A stretch of 64,000 bases of DNA from an uncultured Rivularia sp. (GTDB lineage Bacteria; Cyanobacteriota; Cyanobacteriia; Cyanobacteriales; Nostocaceae), in NCBI GenBank assembly GCA_963665115.1, contig OY762007.1, positions 4,384,001 through 4,448,000 on the forward strand, in the 5' to 3' direction. Below the pieces are notes generated by a model, which saw nothing but the letters and a program-made list of their open reading frames with translations, was not told where the DNA came from and ran no database searches. Numbering within the stretch: position 1 is the first letter of the stretch; each line of letters opens with the position of its first letter. The position numbers were made by a program, and so were the translations under genes. Shown in pieces: positions 10,901-20,539 of this stretch.

Positions 10901-11184
10901 AAAGTAACCGTAATACTGCTAGAACCATCATCGCTGCTAGTAGAACTGATGTATCTCATACCCTTGATACCATTAATCTGTCTTTCCAAAACAGTAGTAA
11001 CGGTATCTTCAACAACTTCAGCACTAGCACCAATATAGTTAGCAGAAACAACTACCTGCACCGGACTAACATCGGGATACTGTTCAACAGCCAAAGTCGG
11101 AATACTAACCGCTCCCACCAACAAAATGATGATAGAGCAAACAATTGTTAAAACTGGTCTGCGGATAAAGTTTTCTACAAACAT
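7996..11184 (-). CDS. RND efflux permease (HAE1/AcrB family)
   Basis: FIRRPV start, GMVVDDAIVVVE, SKNAILIVEFA, RLRPIIMT; 1062 aa. Confidence 0.95.
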   Translation of the reverse strand: MFVENFIRRPVLTIVCSIIILLVGAVSIPTLAVEQYPDVSPVQVVVSANYIGASAEVVEDTVTTVLERQINGIKGMRYISSTSSDDGSSSITVTFEQGYDLDIAAVDVLNRVSIAEAQLPQAVQRTGVNVFKQSSSVVVGMSIFSEEEGLYDDNFVSNYADLYVVDSIKRIDGVSDMQPFGERRYAMRLWLDPSRLASRGVTARDVVAALQTQNVQIGAGRIGQPPTNDGQRYQLTIRAAGRLREVAEFEEIVLKTGEDGALVKLKDVGRAELGAENYDTFARYRGQGAIGYRVLQTPGSNALAAATAVKARMKELAEDFPPGLSYAVPYDPTLFVEESSKEVVTTLIQAILLVVLVLFLFLQNWRATIVPAVVIPVALVGTFAFIKVFDFSINSLTLFGLTLATGMVVDDAIVVVEDIGGKVQEQGMRPHLAAIEAMGELSGAVIATSLVLLAVFIPVAFFPGTTGQLYQQFALTISFAVVISTFNALTLTPALSSLLLRPGQEPTGWLAKIFDVVNRGIDLMRSGYKSALGLLTNFKLIVLGIFAFLLAITVWMYQTVPTAFLPDEDQGYVINLIQGPEGTSLEYTGEVMEQVDKQYLDIPEVRGTFSLGGFSFSGRAANYGISFVPFEPWGERKDPEKSAASILNRVRGGLANISQARVIAFNPPAIQGLGSIGGFVFQLQDKGNSDIGTFIKIKDELIQKANQRPELQGVFSTYSANAPQLLLEVNRDRANSLQVSVDDVLTTVGTLIGSNYVNDFNAFGRTYRVYVQADKEFRSNPKDINQFYVRSQQGTMIPLGDLVEVKNLTGPQTVNHYNLFPSIEINGSPADGYSSGQAIAAMEEIAEEVLPQNMDFEWSGITLEEIQSGGQAPIIFGLGILFVFLVLAAQYENFVDPIIILLAVPLAILGALLAQSVRGLPNDVYCQVGLVMLIGLASKNAILIVEFANQLREQGLSITRAAIQASEQRLRPIIMTAISTLLGIFPLVIATGAGAASRQSLGTAVFGGMVVSTVLSLFIVPVLYIVISTLFCNFKNDCQSLSPEKQQAKEEREAVAVGNGRR

Positions 11185-11375
11185 TTTTTAAAGTTAGGAG
11201 TTAGGAGTTAGGAGTTGGGGAGAGCGGGAAGATGGGGTAGAGGGGGGAGAGGGGGAAGAGGGGGAAGAGGGGGTAGATTAAATAAACTATTTGTAGTGGG
11301 AGCATCTTGCTCCCTGGTTATTTAATAAACAATACCTAATGCCCAATCCCCAATCCCCAATTCCCCATTCCCCAT

Positions 11376-12053
11376 TTAATTTATTTCGCAATTCATTAAT
11401 CTAGCTAGAAAATAATTTGTCATTTTGGAGCCGAAGGGGGAATTCCACCAGCGAGCGGGATGACTGCCGAGGGGAGCGTTTAAACTCCAATCGAGTTCGT
11501 CACATTTTTTCCAACGGTTGTTTTCACGCCATCCCAAGCGTTTTCCCCATTCCTGGATAATCTTGCTGTCTTGTTCGATGGTGGTTTCTAGGCTTCCCCC
11601 TACTTCCTGATAAATACGAGCTTGGATACTAAAACCAAAACGTCGATCGCTGTAGGTAAGCCACAAGTTATCGATTACCTGTAATTGAACACAAGGGAAA
11701 TGCTGTACTTCAGCAGGACGAAAATCTTCTAAATCAGTATGTCCGGCAATATCAGCTATTAAACGTATGGTTTCTGTATCAGCATCTTCCCATTTTTTAG
11801 CAGCAAGCATATCCCTTAATGGCTGGTAGCGTACTATGTCGCTGACTAATTGAAGGCTGTTTTCTATATTAGATATTTTGTCAGATGCATTTTGATTTTG
11901 ATTTTGATTTTTTGTTTCTTGTGCAGGTGAGCGATTATTTTGATTGATTTGTTGCTGTAATTCCGCTACCTGAGCTTTTAATTCATCTAATTGCTTTTGT
12001 ATTTCCAAAAGCTGGGGAGAATCTCTGTTAGTTAATTGTGGAAAGTCAGTCAT
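11376..12053 (-). CDS. GUN4-domain protein with N-terminal coiled coil
   Basis: YQPLRDMLAAKKWEDADTET, FPCVQLQVIDNLWLTYSDRRFGFSIQ, RLGWR, APLGSHP. Confidence 0.85.
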   Translation of the reverse strand: MTDFPQLTNRDSPQLLEIQKQLDELKAQVAELQQQINQNNRSPAQETKNQNQNQNASDKISNIENSLQLVSDIVRYQPLRDMLAAKKWEDADTETIRLIADIAGHTDLEDFRPAEVQHFPCVQLQVIDNLWLTYSDRRFGFSIQARIYQEVGGSLETTIEQDSKIIQEWGKRLGWRENNRWKKCDELDWSLNAPLGSHPARWWNSPFGSKMTNYFLARLMNCEIN

Positions 12054-12202
12054 ATCAATTTTGGATTTTAGATTTTAGATTTTGGATTTGTAACTTACTG
12101 TTTCAGTTCAATTTATATCTCGCACAATTTTCAATAAAATCAATTTCTTATTTAAATACATTTTCAAAATACAAAAAAACATATTCAACTTTAAATATTT
12201 TA

Positions 12203-12462
12203 TTAGTCCTATTCATAGGACTTTTGCTATTAGCTTGGGATTTGCAATCCCAAGTGGTTTTGAGAATGGTGCAAGATGTAATTTGAATTAGTTTAAATGA
12301 ACTAATTAGTTGTTTAGATTTAGACTTATATTTATATTTTTTCATTATCAAAAATATAAATAATTCCCTAAAACCATTTATTTATATTTATTTGACTTCG
12401 TTTTAACCCACCTGGGGTTGCAAACCCCAGGCTAATAGCAGAAGTCCTATAAATAGGACTAA
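12203..12462. repeat. REPIN-like inverted pair of ~57-bp double-hairpin elements
   Basis: 12203-12259 and 12405-12462 are near reverse complements, each with AGTCCTAT..ATAGGACT and (C/T)GGG..TTGCAA..CCC hairpins. Confidence 0.85.
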
Positions 12463-12554
12463 AAGTTTTGTAGTTAGGAGATTTACATTTTGTTTTTTGC
12501 ATATCATAATTATTACTGCTAACTGTTCACTGTTCACTGCTAACTGCTCACTGT

Positions 12555-13958
12555 TCACTGTTCCGGTGCGATCGCCGCACCATCTGATAAATTCAAAATA
12601 CCTGTGGTTGCGATTGTTTCCCCGGCTTTCAATCCTTCAATAACTCGATAACTATTACCTTGAATTTGTCCTAATTGAACTGGTCTTTGCTTAACAATTT
12701 GCTGCATTTCGCCAGATTCTGCATTTTTCTCGTTTTCGGCGACAAATACAAATGCTTGATTGCCAACTCTAGATATTGCAACTGTGGGAACTAGTACTGC
12801 TGGGGTTAAATCCCAAATCACCCTAGCTCTAACAAATTGGTCGGAACGCAATCTACCTTCGGGATTGTCAAAGATGGCTTTGGCTGTAATTGCTTGGGTT
12901 GTGGGATTTGCTTCTGGTGAAATAAAGCTGATTCTTCCTGTAACTAATGGTTTGCGTGCCTGTTTGTCAACTCTCAACTGCACTGGAAGTCCGATTCTAA
13001 GTTGAGTTGCTTTTTCTGCTGGTACCGAAAATCGTACTTCTAAGGCTCTATTTGATGTCAAAGTGGTTAATGCATCTCCGGTATTTACATAGTCTCCAAC
13101 TTTGAGGGTAATATCTCCTACTATTCCAGCTACGGGAGCTAAAACTCTGGTATCTTCTAAATCCTCGCTTTCTACCTTTGCTTGAGCCTGGGCTTGACTT
13201 AGTGCAGCGTTTTCTCGATCTAAATTGGCTCTTGCTGCTTCTATCTCTTGTTGAGTTGCGATAACGGTAGCTTGAGCGGCATTCAAATCTTTTTGTGCTG
13301 AATTCCGAGCGGCGATTGCGGTATCTAAGTTACGCTTCTGTACGTCTAAGGCTTGTCGCGCTTGTGCCCCTTGATTTACTAAGGTTTGCGTGCGCTTGAA
13401 TTCTGCTTGCTGTAAGGTAACTTCGGCATTTTGACGCTCAACTCCAGCAGCAGCAGATTCTCTTCTTTCTTGGGATTCCCTCAAACGAGCTTGGGATGTT
13501 TTTAATGCTGCTTCGGCATTAGCGCGAGCCGCTCTTTGCACATTAATATTTGCTGTGGCTGCATTTAACTGCGCTCTAGAACGGTCGAGACGCAGTTGCA
13601 TTATCGGCGTACCCGCTCTCACTTGCTGCCCCGAACGTGCCAAAATTTGCTCTATTCGTCCGGGTATTTCCGGTCTGAGGGTAACTTTTTGTTCTGCTGT
13701 TAAATTCCCTACATAATCAGAACTATCCTCAAATTGCCCTGTTTCTATCTGTTGGAGGGTGACATTAACAGCTTGAGGTGCTGGTGGTGCGGAATCGGAA
13801 TCATTGCGTAGAAAAAAGTACCAAATTAATCCACCACCTGTTAATAGTGCTAGAAGAATTAATAACCATAACCATTTTCTTTTCTTTTGCGGTTTTTCTG
13901 ATTCTAACGGTTGAGAATCATCAACAACTGAGCCTGGAGTTTGGGAGGAGGAAGTCAT
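12555..13958 (-). CDS. RND efflux periplasmic adaptor (membrane fusion protein)
   Basis: N-terminal TM, lipoyl halves, long coiled coil, VLAPVAGIVG, VIEGLKAGE. Confidence 0.93.
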   Translation of the reverse strand: MTSSSQTPGSVVDDSQPLESEKPQKKRKWLWLLILLALLTGGGLIWYFFLRNDSDSAPPAPQAVNVTLQQIETGQFEDSSDYVGNLTAEQKVTLRPEIPGRIEQILARSGQQVRAGTPIMQLRLDRSRAQLNAATANINVQRAARANAEAALKTSQARLRESQERRESAAAGVERQNAEVTLQQAEFKRTQTLVNQGAQARQALDVQKRNLDTAIAARNSAQKDLNAAQATVIATQQEIEAARANLDRENAALSQAQAQAKVESEDLEDTRVLAPVAGIVGDITLKVGDYVNTGDALTTLTSNRALEVRFSVPAEKATQLRIGLPVQLRVDKQARKPLVTGRISFISPEANPTTQAITAKAIFDNPEGRLRSDQFVRARVIWDLTPAVLVPTVAISRVGNQAFVFVAENEKNAESGEMQQIVKQRPVQLGQIQGNSYRVIEGLKAGETIATTGILNLSDGAAIAPEQ

Positions 13959-14009
13959 TGGTATTAGGTAATAGGGAATGGGTAATGGCTAAGAGGGAAG
14001 AGATAACAA

Positions 14010-15458
14010 TTAATTAAATTTAGAAATTGGTACGCAATCTGTCTCGGAGTTTTCTTCGGATTCCTCTACTTTTGGAGAACTTGTAAATACGAATCTGAGC
14101 ATAATCGGTGCAATTAAAGTTGTGACAATCACCATAATAATTATTGCTGCATCTAAAGAATTTGATAAAGCTCCTGTTGTCGCACCTAAGCCAGCAAATA
14201 CTAATCCAACCTCACCTCTGGGAATCATTCCGGTACCAATTGCCAGTCTATTTATCGGTTTATCTGTAAATACTGCAAAGCCTGCGATGATTTTACCAAG
14301 TATTGCAATGACAATTAAACAAGCTGCAATTATCAAGCCTTTTTGATTGGCTGCAACTGTAGGATTTAAAACGCTTAAGTCAACTTTTGCGCCAATTGTG
14401 ACAAAAAATATCGTTGTGTAAACAAATATAAACGGCTCAAATAAACTCTGCAATTTTTCTTGAAATTCTGTTTCTCCTAAAACTAAACCTGCTGCAAATG
14501 CTCCTAAAATTGCCTCTAAACCGACAGCGGTTGCTAGTAAAGCGCAGGAATTTAGAAATATAACTGCTAAGAGCATCAAAGCCGCAGGATTCTTAATTTT
14601 ATTGATTGCAGCTACGAAAATAGAACCGAAAAACTGATTGAGAAAAACTGCACCGAGAACAAATAAAGTAGCGCTAGTAAGTAAATAGATGATGTTGCCA
14701 ATTTCAACTTCCCCGGTTTGTACTAAACTCAGCACGACTGCTAATATTACAATTCCGAGAATGTCGTCTAAAATTGCCGCTCCGAGAATTATTTGTCCTT
14801 CATCAGAGTTCAGACTACCAATATCTTGCAATACTTTGGCTGTAATACCGATACTTGTCGCAGTCAGAGCCGCACCAGCAAATAAAGCGGGTATAGTTGC
14901 AATCCCAAAAAATTTAATCAGTACAAAAGTTCCCAAAACAAAAGGAACTGCTACCCCAGTGAATGCCACAGTTGCAGCTTGAGTACCCACCCGAATCAAT
15001 TCTTTGAGATCCGATTCTAATCCGGTGGTAAACAACAGGGTTAAAAGTCCGATATTGGCGCTTGCTTCCAGAAAATCCCTCATCTGGAATTTGTAAGCTT
15101 GTTCAACAACTTCGGCAGAAGCACCCGTTACTAATTCCAAACCTCGAAGCAAAATACCGTTAGCTTCTATTCCTTCAGGGGAGAAGATTAAAAATCCTAA
15201 TATTGAACCTCCGAGCAACATCCCCGCAACCAAATCTCCTAAGACAGTAGGTAGTTTAAGACGGGTACAAATTTCTCCTAAAACAAGGCTAAAAATAAAA
15301 ATAATTCCAGCAGTACCGACTAAAGCGGCAATAGCGGCTTTTTCTTCTCCTCCAGAGCCACTAGCTTCTGCTAACAAGCAATTATGTACAGGGTACAACA
15401 GGGAGGTAATCGGTAAATCTAATAGCTCCAAACTGTTTGTAGTTATTGCATTAAGCAT
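14010..15458 (-). CDS. Cation:proton antiporter (CPA2, NhaS3-like)
   Basis: ATSIGITAKVL, GAAILDDILG, GMIPRGEVGL. Confidence 0.92.
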   Translation of the reverse strand: MLNAITTNSLELLDLPITSLLYPVHNCLLAEASGSGGEEKAAIAALVGTAGIIFIFSLVLGEICTRLKLPTVLGDLVAGMLLGGSILGFLIFSPEGIEANGILLRGLELVTGASAEVVEQAYKFQMRDFLEASANIGLLTLLFTTGLESDLKELIRVGTQAATVAFTGVAVPFVLGTFVLIKFFGIATIPALFAGAALTATSIGITAKVLQDIGSLNSDEGQIILGAAILDDILGIVILAVVLSLVQTGEVEIGNIIYLLTSATLFVLGAVFLNQFFGSIFVAAINKIKNPAALMLLAVIFLNSCALLATAVGLEAILGAFAAGLVLGETEFQEKLQSLFEPFIFVYTTIFFVTIGAKVDLSVLNPTVAANQKGLIIAACLIVIAILGKIIAGFAVFTDKPINRLAIGTGMIPRGEVGLVFAGLGATTGALSNSLDAAIIIMVIVTTLIAPIMLRFVFTSSPKVEESEENSETDCVPISKFN

Positions 15459-16014
15459 TTAAAGAAGACCTTTAATTTAATAAATAAGATCGAACATCAG
15501 AGAATGTTGGTAAAGCTTAAATTATTACTTTGACTTAATCATCAATTACGAAAGTTTATTCTATAATCTCATTTTTTACGATTAATGCTCATCATCAAGC
15601 TTTAAATAGAGCAAGTATTATTTTTACTTATCTTTAGTATTTAAAATAATCTTTTTACAGCTATTTTTTACAGCTATTTAATTACTTGAAGATTATAACC
15701 TCAACTATAGCATTCATATCTTTTTAACCTCCTACTAATATCAAGGCTAATTGTATGTACAGATTATACGAACTAATAATTTGTAAATATACCAGCTTTT
15801 GGTATTTTGTAACAGAAATTTGCTATTTCTGAAAACATTTCTTTATGATTGCGTAATTTTCAGCAAGATTTTCACAAAATAGCAATATCTTGATATACTT
15901 TTTTATCCGATTAGTTTTGATACAGTAATTCTCAGTATTTAAAAAGCAAATTTTCAAATAATCACTCTATAATCTAAACAAATAAAAAATTAGTAATTTT
16001 ACACTTATTATGGT

Positions 16015-16972
16015 TTAAATATCTCGTGCAGCTTCAAGTAACTGAGTACGCAACCACCGATGGGATAAACTATTTGTATTGCGTTGATGCCATACCATCG
16101 AAACCGTAAATCCTTTTATTTCAATCGGTGGCTGTAATAGTTTTAAACCTAATGTTTTAGCGCAATTTTGAGCAATACGGTTAGGAAGCAAGGTAACGCA
16201 ATCTGAATTAGCAATTAGAAAGGGGATCGGCATAAAATGAGGAGTTGACCAAATTACTCGTCGTTGAAGCTGAAGTTGAGCTAAAATTTTATCCCCAGAG
16301 CCTTGAAAATCATCTCGCATTGATACTAGCAAGTGCGATAGCGAAGCGCTGCTGCAAGCAGAAACGCCCTACATAATCTTCCACAGATAATTCTGTCAGA
16401 GGACAATCACTTTTGACTACACAGACAAATTCTTCCTCGTACAAATCCTCGCGAAGATGCCAGCGTTTCACAGGTAATTCAGCATCAACAACCAAATCAA
16501 TTTGGTTATTATCTAAAGCATCCATTGCTTGTTCTTTGTTCAAATTACAAATACGAATGCGGATATTTGGTGCATGATTGATTAGCTGTTGCAGCAAGCT
16601 GACTCCTAAAGTGGTTTCAATATAGTCGCTAGCAGCAATTTTAAAATCTTCGCGAGCGGTAGCTGGCTCGAAACTTTCTTTGTCTAATAAAGTTGACTGA
16701 ATTTCCGCCAAAATTTGATGTACCCGGAAGCTGATTTCCCTAGCTAATGGAGTTACTTCCATATCTCGCGAGGTTCTAATCAAGATTTCATCATCCAAAA
16801 CAGTCCGCAGTCTTTTTAAAGCATGGCTCATGGAAGACTGACTCATATTAAGCTTTTCGGCAGCTTTGGTAACGCTGGCTTCTTCAATCAAAACATCGAG
16901 GGCAATCAGTAGATTGAGATCGAGTTTTCGCAAGTTTGTGTAATCGATATTCACAGAGGAAGATGTTGTCAT
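16015..16972 (-). pseudogene. LysR-family regulator interrupted by a 25-bp insertion
   Basis: LDLNLLIAL...SVTKAAEKLNMSQSSMSHALKRLR HTH; C-terminal WHQR in a different frame; the join is at 16340-16364. Confidence 0.9.
16335..16367. mobile_element. Small dispersed repeat inserted in a HIP1 site
   Basis: GCGAT[AGCGAAGCGCTGCTGCAAGCAGAAA]CGC; removing the bracket restores GCGATCGC and the reading frame. Confidence 0.85.
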
Positions 16973-16985
16973 CGATGTCGTCGAT
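16971..16985. promoter_or_regulatory. Candidate LysR box (ATC-N9-GAT, T-N11-A)
   Basis: ATCGATGTCGTCGAT overlaps the LysR start in a divergent promoter region. Confidence 0.4.
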
Positions 16986-17383
16986 ATCTATTATCTATGA
17001 TATTTGTTTGACTAATACGACCAATTTCATTAGTCTACAGATATAAGTTTAAAGTCGCAATTTAATTGAAAAAAAGATTTGTGTCGCTTTATTTATCGAC
17101 TCATTGATGCATAGTACTTATTTATTGATTAAAGGATGGAAATTCTTTAGCTGTAAAAAATTTATTTGCTTACATCTCGTACCTTTTTACAAACCCAGTT
17201 TTTTTCGTTAAAACAAGATTTTTACGTTGGTAAACCAGTAAAAATTAGGTTTTTTTGGGCTATTTTAGAATCGCACAATAAGTTATTTGTTAAATATTGC
17301 TATCTCATAGGAAATCACTGAAGATTTACATCTTACTTGCTTGAATAATTCAGTTAATTATTAAAGGTGTCATAGGTAAAATT

Positions 17384-18016
17384 ATGAAAATCGGCATTAT
17401 TGGATCGGGAAATATTGGTGGGAATTTAGGTAAACATTGGGCTACATCTGGACATGAGGTGATGTTTAGTTCTCGAAATCCCGAAAAACTAAAATCAATG
17501 GCAGATGAGGTAGGTGCAAAAACTGGAACTCCTCAAGAAGCTGCTGATTTTGGCGAAGTTATTTTACTGGCAATTCCCTTTGGTAAAGTTCCTCAATTAG
17601 CTCAACAAATCGGCAGTTTAGACAATAAAATTCTCGTCGATGCAGGTAATCCATATCCTCAAAGAGACGGTGATGTTGCACAGAAAGTGATTGATGATGA
17701 TTCTCAAACCGCAACGGGTTATGTTGCCAGTCAATTTCCCAAAGCAAAAACCGTCAAAGCATTTAATTCTGTTTTTTATAAAGTCTTTGCCGAAAAAGCT
17801 TTTTTAGAAGGTGATGAAAGAATTGCCGTACAAATTTGTAGCGATGATGAGCAAGCAAAGGAAACGGTAAAGCAGCTTATAAAAGATATTGGTTTTGCTC
17901 CTCAAGATTTAGGTGGATTAAACAAAGGCGTTCTTTTTGAACCCGATGCTCCTCTCTATAATCAAAATCTCAAAATTGGTGAAGCGGAGAAACTTTTGAG
18001 TGAAATTCAAAAATAG
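17384..18016 (+). CDS. NADP oxidoreductase (F420-dependent family, NAD(P)-binding)
   Basis: MKIGIIGSGNIGG, VDAGNPY, VKAFN. Confidence 0.88.
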   Translation: MKIGIIGSGNIGGNLGKHWATSGHEVMFSSRNPEKLKSMADEVGAKTGTPQEAADFGEVILLAIPFGKVPQLAQQIGSLDNKILVDAGNPYPQRDGDVAQKVIDDDSQTATGYVASQFPKAKTVKAFNSVFYKVFAEKAFLEGDERIAVQICSDDEQAKETVKQLIKDIGFAPQDLGGLNKGVLFEPDAPLYNQNLKIGEAEKLLSEIQK

Positions 18017-18378
18017 GGAGTGGGGAGTAAGTAGGGAGTAAGTAGGGAGTAGGGAGTAGGGAGTAGGGAGTAGGGAGTAGGGAGTAGGGAGTAGGGAGTA
18101 GGAAGTAGGAAGTAGGGAGTAGGGAGTAGGGAGTAGGGAGTAGGGAGTAGGGAGTAGGGAGTAGGGAGTAGGGAGTAGGGAGTAGGGAGTAGGGAGTAGG
18201 GAGTAAGTATGGAGTAGGGAGTAGGGAGTAAGTATGGAGTAGGGAGTAGGGAGTAGGGAGTAGGGAGTAGGAAGTAGGGAGTAGGGAGTAGGGAGTAGGA
18301 AGTAGGGAGTAGGGAGTAGGGAGTAGGGAGTAGGGAGTAAGTAGGGAGTAAGTATGGAGTAGGGAGTAGGGAGTAGGG
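18014..18378. repeat. Long (GGGAGTA)n heptamer array, about 50 units
   Basis: Continuous tandem with variants GGAAGTA and GAGTAAGTA(T/G)GG. Confidence 0.97.
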
Positions 18379-18488
18379 AATAGAGATTAAAAGCTGATCT
18401 AATCGATCGATCCTACCTAAAGGATATTAAAAGATATTACAATTGATGCGATAATATTGATTCTGGATCAATCTCAGCTTTTATCTCA

Positions 18489-19136
18489 ATGTCCCAAATC
18501 ATCTGGATAGCCAGACACGCTAATCGTCTTGACTTTGTAAACCCCGACTGGTTTTTAACAGCCGAAAGACGTTACGATCCACCGCTATCAGATGATGGTA
18601 TGGTACAGGCACAGCAATTAGCGAATCGTCTGAAGACAGAAAAAATTGATCGTATTTTTGCTTCTCCATTTTTACGTACCGTACAAACAGCAAGTGCGAT
18701 CGCCGAAGTTCTAGATTTACCGATAAAATTGGAAACGGGATTGAGTGAATGGTTGAATCCTGAGTGGATGACTGAAGAGCCAGAAAGAGCTTCAATAAAA
18801 GAATTAAAAGAGTTATATCCTTATATTGACGTTAGCTATACGCCACAAATAGCAGTCAAATATCCCGAAACTCGCCAACAAATGCGCCGACGCTCCGCAC
18901 AAACTGCCAGATGTTTGGCAACAGAATATTCTCCAGACAATATTTTATTAGTCGCTCATGGTGCATCGGTACTAGGTGCGGCTATGGGATTTGTAGGGGA
19001 TTTCGCCATAGGTAAAGTCATAGCTTCCCTCTGTAGCTTAGTAAAAATAGTCCGTCAAGAGCCAGAATGGTTTTTAGAACTCACGGGAGATACTTCTCAT
19101 TTGACAGAAGTTGAAGAAGTGGTGAGGTTTAATTAA
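18489..19136 (+). CDS. Histidine phosphatase (phosphoglycerate mutase) family protein
   Basis: RHA motif, ASPFLRTVQTA, LVAHG. Confidence 0.9.
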   Translation: MSQIIWIARHANRLDFVNPDWFLTAERRYDPPLSDDGMVQAQQLANRLKTEKIDRIFASPFLRTVQTASAIAEVLDLPIKLETGLSEWLNPEWMTEEPERASIKELKELYPYIDVSYTPQIAVKYPETRQQMRRRSAQTARCLATEYSPDNILLVAHGASVLGAAMGFVGDFAIGKVIASLCSLVKIVRQEPEWFLELTGDTSHLTEVEEVVRFN

Positions 19137-19206
19137 TTATTAGGGATGGGGCATTGGGGATTGGGAATGACTTTTGAAAGGGTTCCCAATCTTCTTGTTT
19201 GCAAGT

Positions 19207-19398
19207 AAAAAATTAATTTTTAATTGTAGTGCGAGCATCTTGCTCGCTGATTGTGATATATGCTCGCTGATTGTGATATATGCTCGCTAATTATGATATA
19301 TCTTGCTCGCTGGTTAGGAGATAAAAAATTAATTTTTAATTGTAGTGGGAGCGTCTCGCTCCCTTAAGATATATAGCGAGCGAGACGCTCGCACTACG
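19207..19398. repeat. REP cluster with 20-bp tandem amplification and REP doublet
   Basis: GTAGTGCGAGCATCTTGCTCGC, three TGCTCGCTGATTGTGATATA-type units at 19241-19300, inverted REP pair at 19342-19397. Confidence 0.85.
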
Positions 19399-19468
19399 AA
19401 ATTAGAACCAGCTTATACTTACTGCAACTAACAACTAACCACTAACCACTAACCACTAACAACTAACA

Positions 19469-20491
19469 ATGACATTACTATTAGCAGGAGATATCGGCGG
19501 TACGAAAACTATTTTGCGCTTGGTGGAAGCGTCGGAAAAGCCTGTATTGCGTACTTTGCATGAAGAACGTTATTCCAGTAAAGATTTTCCCGATTTAGTA
19601 CCGATAGTACAGCAGTTTCTAGCAGCCGCAAATGCAGGGACACCTCAAAAGGCTTGTTTTGCGATAGCTGGCCCTGTAGTCAACAATACTGCCAAATTGA
19701 CCAATTTAGCTTGGTTTCTCGATAGTTCGCGTTTGGAAGAACAATTGGGTATTGCTCACGTTACTTTAATCAACGATTTCGCGGCGGTTGGTTATGGTAT
19801 TTTAGGTTTGAAAAAGGAAGATGTACTAACTTTGCAAGAAGGGAAACTAAACCCCGAAGCACCTATTGGTATTCTTGGTGCGGGTACTGGTTTGGGACAG
19901 GGATTTTTAATTAAAGCCGGAGATATGTATCAGATATTTCCTTCAGAAGGGGGACATTCTGACTTTGCACCGCGTAAAGAATTGGAATTTCAACTGTTGA
20001 AATATCTGCTGGATAAACACGATATCCAACGGGTATCGGTAGAAAGAGTAGTTTCCGGTATGGGAATTGTATCAATTTACGAATTTTTGCGAGATCGAAA
20101 ATTTGCAGTAGAATCGCCAGAAATTGCTCAAGTGGTAATGACTTGGGAAAGAGAAGCAGGAAAAGAAAAAAGCGTCGATCCAGGTGCAGCAATTGGTACG
20201 GCTGCTGTGGCAAAGAGCGATCGCCTTTCCGAACAAACTATGCAGTTATTCGTAGAAATATACGGAGCCGAAGCCGGAAACTTAGCGTTAAAACTATTAC
20301 CCTACGGTGGTTTATACGTCGCTGGTGGAATCGCAGCCAAAATACTTCCTTTGATGCAAGAGGGTAGTTTTATGCTGAACTTCAGTAGTAAGGGTAGAAT
20401 GCGAAGCATTTTGGAAAACATACCCGTACATATAATTCTTAATTCGCAAGTTGGTTTAATAGGTGCTGCTATTAGTGCTTCTAGGTTATAA
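19469..20491 (+). CDS. glk: Glucokinase
   Basis: GDIGGTKT, INDFAA, GAGTGLG, SEGGHSDF, ERVVSG. Confidence 0.95.
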   Translation: MTLLLAGDIGGTKTILRLVEASEKPVLRTLHEERYSSKDFPDLVPIVQQFLAAANAGTPQKACFAIAGPVVNNTAKLTNLAWFLDSSRLEEQLGIAHVTLINDFAAVGYGILGLKKEDVLTLQEGKLNPEAPIGILGAGTGLGQGFLIKAGDMYQIFPSEGGHSDFAPRKELEFQLLKYLLDKHDIQRVSVERVVSGMGIVSIYEFLRDRKFAVESPEIAQVVMTWEREAGKEKSVDPGAAIGTAAVAKSDRLSEQTMQLFVEIYGAEAGNLALKLLPYGGLYVAGGIAAKILPLMQEGSFMLNFSSKGRMRSILENIPVHIILNSQVGLIGAAISASRL

Positions 20492-20539
20492 CGGGAGCGA
20501 ACTAGATAAGTAATATCAGCATCTTCTTAAGCAACAACT

